A stretch of DNA of 12,730 bases from positions 1-12,730 of the forward strand of contig JBJCIZ010000220.1 in NCBI GenBank assembly GCA_051294375.1, written 5' to 3'. This document shows positions 8,956 to 12,730 of the stretch, one piece after another (the first letter of the stretch is position 1; every line of letters starts with the position of its first letter). This stretch comes from Paraspadella gotoi (taxonomy: Eukaryota > Animalia > Chaetognatha). The position numbers and the translations under genes were made by a program. The notes beneath the pieces were generated by a model. The model had not been told where the DNA came from. It worked only from the letters and a program-made list of their open reading frames with translations, and ran no database searches.

Positions 8956-10828
8956 TGAAGAAGGTAACATAGCTGAACATAAATCATCCTGAACTTTCAA
9001 TGGATATGAACACAGCCTGGAGACTTTGTCATATCTTCCGTCGCATTATGAATTTGCAAGTAAGGGAAAAAGGGATCAAGTTTTACTATCTCTTTGAAAA
9101 AACTTTTTGACTCCAATGATCTGCTCAACTGCAACTACCGACATTTGCGCTCATAAAATAAAAAAGTCACTTTCAACCAAAATAAATTCATGAAACGTAA
9201 AATTGAGTTTGATGAAAGCATCAAGAAGTAAAAAAGACCGAGACGTCCACCTACACCCTATTATCCAGAACCAGATTTTTCTGCTAAAAATTCTTCCACT
9301 CTCGAAGTGATTTATCCCGATGGAGAGAGAAAGTGATAACGTATTTTTTCACCAGAAAAATTTTTAAAGTAAAAAAGTCCATGTCCACCCGACCGCCCGC
9401 GCCGCCGCCGCCCCCTCGGGCCGTCGCCCCCGGCCCGCCACGCCGCCGCCGCCGCCGCGCCGCCCACCAGCCCCCCGCCCCTACCGCCCGCCGCCGCCCG
9501 CCCCGCCGCCGCGGGTGTTTTCAACAAATCAAAAAGAAATAGTGTGCAAATTACATTGGACAGTGAAGAAAGTACTCAAAATCATTGAATATTTCAAACT
9601 CATCTCTATCTCAATGAAGCTTTTCGTAATGGATACAACAGCAAAATTAATATGGATCTTACTGAAAAACAAATTCAAAGAAGTCATGATTTGAAAATAT
9701 GGCATGGTTTATTTTCAAAACCAAAATGATTATTCTCCTTTTCTCCCAGAGAAAGTGATGATAGAGCTCCAAAATCTCAAACTCCTCTGGAACATTCCCC
9801 TTTCCTCCACTCCAATCAAAATTGAAGTTGAAGACGATTACTAACAATATATAGTTTTTAACTTTTACTTATCAGAAAATGGTCATTAGTATCATTTCAA
9901 ATGATAAATTATTATTCATCAACAATTCAATTCTATTCTTTTTCAATATTTTTAGATTACAATCATTTTCCTGTCCCGATGTCAATTTCATTTCATCAGA
10001 CTTAGTCTTTGTTTGCTGTTCAGAAATTCATGTTTCAAAGACTTAGTCATTTGATTGATGTGAATTTTCTTTGTCTAACTGTGTTCATCTTAATGAAATC
10101 TTCAATAAACTTATTTAAAATCACACTTGAGGTTTGTTTTTATAAATGAAATAGATAGAATTTAATTTAAAGTTAGAATCTTTATTAACTTGATAATATT
10201 TTTAATTTCATCAAAACAACAAAGTAAAAGGAATTTTTACAACCATTTACCAAAATAATTAACAATCAATTTTTCAATTCTTGTTACTTAGGTAAAAACA
10301 ATTTTTTCTAAGAAAAATGTGACAAAGTAAAAAAGATAAATTAAATCTACATTCAACTTGTGATGCGGATTGGATAGTTGAAATTTTAAAAGCTAATCTA
10401 AACATAACAAAAGAATACACTAAAGGATTTTCTTTTTAAGAAAAACTTAATAATTATTTTTGAATAAATAAGATATTATTGATTCTTTATACTCTACTAG
10501 AAAGAAAATGTTAAACCAAAATAAGTCTACATTTTATCCATCTTTAATAAGTAATCATTTTTAAACTAAAAAATAATGAAAGTTGAACTTTTAAAAGCTA
10601 ATCAAAACATATCAAATGAATACACTAAAGAACTACAAAAAAAACTTAATATTCTTTTTGAATAGCTATCATATTTGATACTTTATTCTGTAATTAAAAA
10701 GAAAATGCAATAAACCAGCATTAACATAGTCTACATTTTTATTCATATTTAATAAGTAAATATTTTTAAACTAAAAACATTTTACATTTTTACAAATTTA
10801 CTTGTAAACTTTTTGAAAAAAACATGAT
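8956..10828 (+). repeat. Direct near-identical copy of 3667-5530
   Basis: Collinear match including the GC island and both tandem repeats. Differences are mostly 1-2 bp indels. Confidence 0.97.
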
Positions 10829-12399
10829 AAATTAAATAAGTATCCCCTGGTGGAGAGAAATGTCTGTTCCAAATGAATGGTTATCCGAAGGTCAGACAAA
10901 AGTGAAAAGGTATTGAATATTAAAGAGAAAACATGAAAAGCTAATTCCTAACTTAAATGATAAGGTAAATATGAAATGTCATTATTTAAATTTCCAATTT
11001 TTCTATCCATGGGGTTATGAATTAGTTTTCAATTAATCGGGTTCTTAAGTTTAATCAGGATTATGTAATGCGGTGATTATATTTTACATAATACCAAAAA
11101 ACGACAAGAAACTAAATCCACATTTGTTAAAAATTTTAGAAAAATATTTAAATAATTCAATTTATGGTCGAAGTCTTATGAATAAACGCAAACATCAAAA
11201 TTTGCATTTATTAAAGATCATAAATCATTAAAAGAGAGACCAAAAAAAGTACTTTCAATAGATATGTAGATTTTACGGAAAATACTGGAATGGTCTTTCA
11301 TCACAAGCCAGTTTTTGATGCTGATCAACTTGTTTTTTTTGGGCAACAATTTTGCAACTTAGCAAGTGGATCATGCTCAATTTTTTTTAGCAAAGTGCTT
11401 GTTCCATTTTGTAAAAGAAAGACAAATTAAATTAACCGCTTTTATATACCGATACCGATTCCTTTGTCTGCGAATTCACTTATTCAGATGGGATAACTAT
11501 TCAGCCAGAATCTTTATCAGGATTTGTTTGATATTATCGAACATCTTGATTTTAGTGATTATGATTTGGACCATCCATTCTATAAAAATTTATGTGAGGA
11601 AAAACTCGAAATTGCTCTCAAATATCGAAGAGATATAAAAAGACACTTGGAAAGTTTAGTGATGAGTGTCCCGAAAATTTTGTTGAAGAGTTTGTTGCAT
11701 TGAAAAGTAAGGTCTATAGTCTAAAATTCAATGATCAAACTGAATTGAAAAAATGTGGAGGGACGACAATCAAAAAAACATCCAGTGACTTTAATTTCGA
11801 GTTATATAAAGAAGTGGCATTTGAGAATAAACTTTCTGTTTTTCAAGAGCAAAAGCGGTTTTCTAGTAAAAAACATGAAATGTTCTTGAATGTCATTCAA
11901 AAAAAGTCTTTTGATGCATATGATGATAAACGATTTTTATGTCCTGATCACATTTCTACTTTAGCTCATGGACATTATAAAATTCCATTTATCAAAGAAC
12001 AATGGAATGAAGATTTAAATAGTCTTGTTAAATTGATATAATTTTTTAGAATGACGATGTGTCCAATTCAACTGGAGATCGAGATGGATTTTTTAAGTAA
12101 GTTTTAATCTTCATTTCTTATCAATTAATTTTTAACAAACATTTTTGATTTTTCATTTAGAACAAAGTTTTGAAAAAGAGATAAAACAATGATTTTATTT
12201 CAAATTTTTTCTAAATAAATCACAATGAACAGAAAGGAAAAATACAATAATGATTTTTTCATAAAGAAATATTTAGAGTTTTTTTTATTTAGTACTATTT
12301 TTTTAGTTTATAAAATTTTATAACAACTTCTCTGATTCTTAATCTACAGTTTCAATTTCATCTGCATTGGGAGTTTAATTGAGATATGCCCCTATCATT
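10822..12399 (-). repeat. Inverted copy of 5525-7109
   Basis: It begins acatgataaattaaataa (reverse complement of ~7093-7109) and ends gagatatgcccctatcatt (reverse complement of ~5525-5544). Confidence 0.96.
10823..12040 (+). pseudogene. polB: 3' half of pPolB in the inverted copy, 5'-truncated within TPR1
   Basis: HDKLN.YPLVER, KLIPNLNDK, KYLNNSIYGRSLMN (~11142-11183), YTDTDS (11445-11462), and the ORF from 11700 KSKVYS...YDDKRF...HGHYKI. The exonuclease domain and motif A are absent. Confidence 0.85.
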
Positions 12400-12424
12400 N
12401 NNNNNNNNNNNNNNNNNNNNNNNN

Positions 12425-12730
12425 TTTCTGTTTCATTGTGATTTATTTAGAAAAAATTTGAAATAAAATCATTGTTTTATCTCTTTTCAAAAACTTTGTT
12501 CTAAATGAAAAAANNNNNNNNNNNNNNNNNNNNNNNNNNNNNNNNNNNNNNNNNNNNNNNNNNNNNNNNNNNNNNNNNNNNNNNNNNNNNNNNNNNNNNN
12601 NNNNNNNNNNNNNNNNNNNNNNNNTATATCAATTTAACAAGACTATTTAAATCTTCATTCCATTGTTCTTTGATAAATGGAATTTTATAATGTCCATGAG
12701 CTAAAGTAGAAATGTGATCAGGACATAAAA
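12425..12730 (+). repeat. Third-copy fragments (of 5693-5780 and 5890-5998) separated by 111 N
   Basis: Direct sequence match. The N run is close to the ~109 bp missing between the two fragments. 12625-12730 encodes the pPolB C-terminus on the minus strand without frameshifts. Confidence 0.95.

Noticed and set aside
5525-12399. Terminal inverted repeats of the element
   Set aside because: The inverted copy is internal polymerase and intergenic sequence, with no Polinton-type terminus or target-site duplication.
12505-12690. ORF 12505-12690
   Set aside because: It spans an N gap and is antisense to the pPolB C-terminus.

Overview
Most of this window is an endogenous Polinton/Maverick (adintovirus-like) virus in an AT-rich, probably eukaryotic assembly. 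Dense single-base indels hide it from the ORF track. Reading across frameshifts, the + strand carries the C-terminus of a PZ-like core protein (1-263), a double-jelly-roll major capsid protein (266-1782), an adenain-type cysteine protease (~1785-2341) and three uncharacterised genes (Lys-rich, Glu/Asp-rich, and one with a CCG-rich island). A ~1.3 kb AT-rich intergenic region with tandem repeats follows, then a convergent protein-primed family B DNA polymerase with an endonuclease VII-like insertion (minus strand, 5889-8930, 5' end lost in an N gap). After the gap the element recurs as a direct copy of 3667-5530, an inverted copy of 5525-7109, and fragments of a third copy. The copies differ mostly by non-shared indels, so the frameshifts are probably long-read errors. 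No integrase, packaging ATPase, minor capsid gene or terminal inverted repeat is visible. All family calls come from motif recognition by eye, not database searches.
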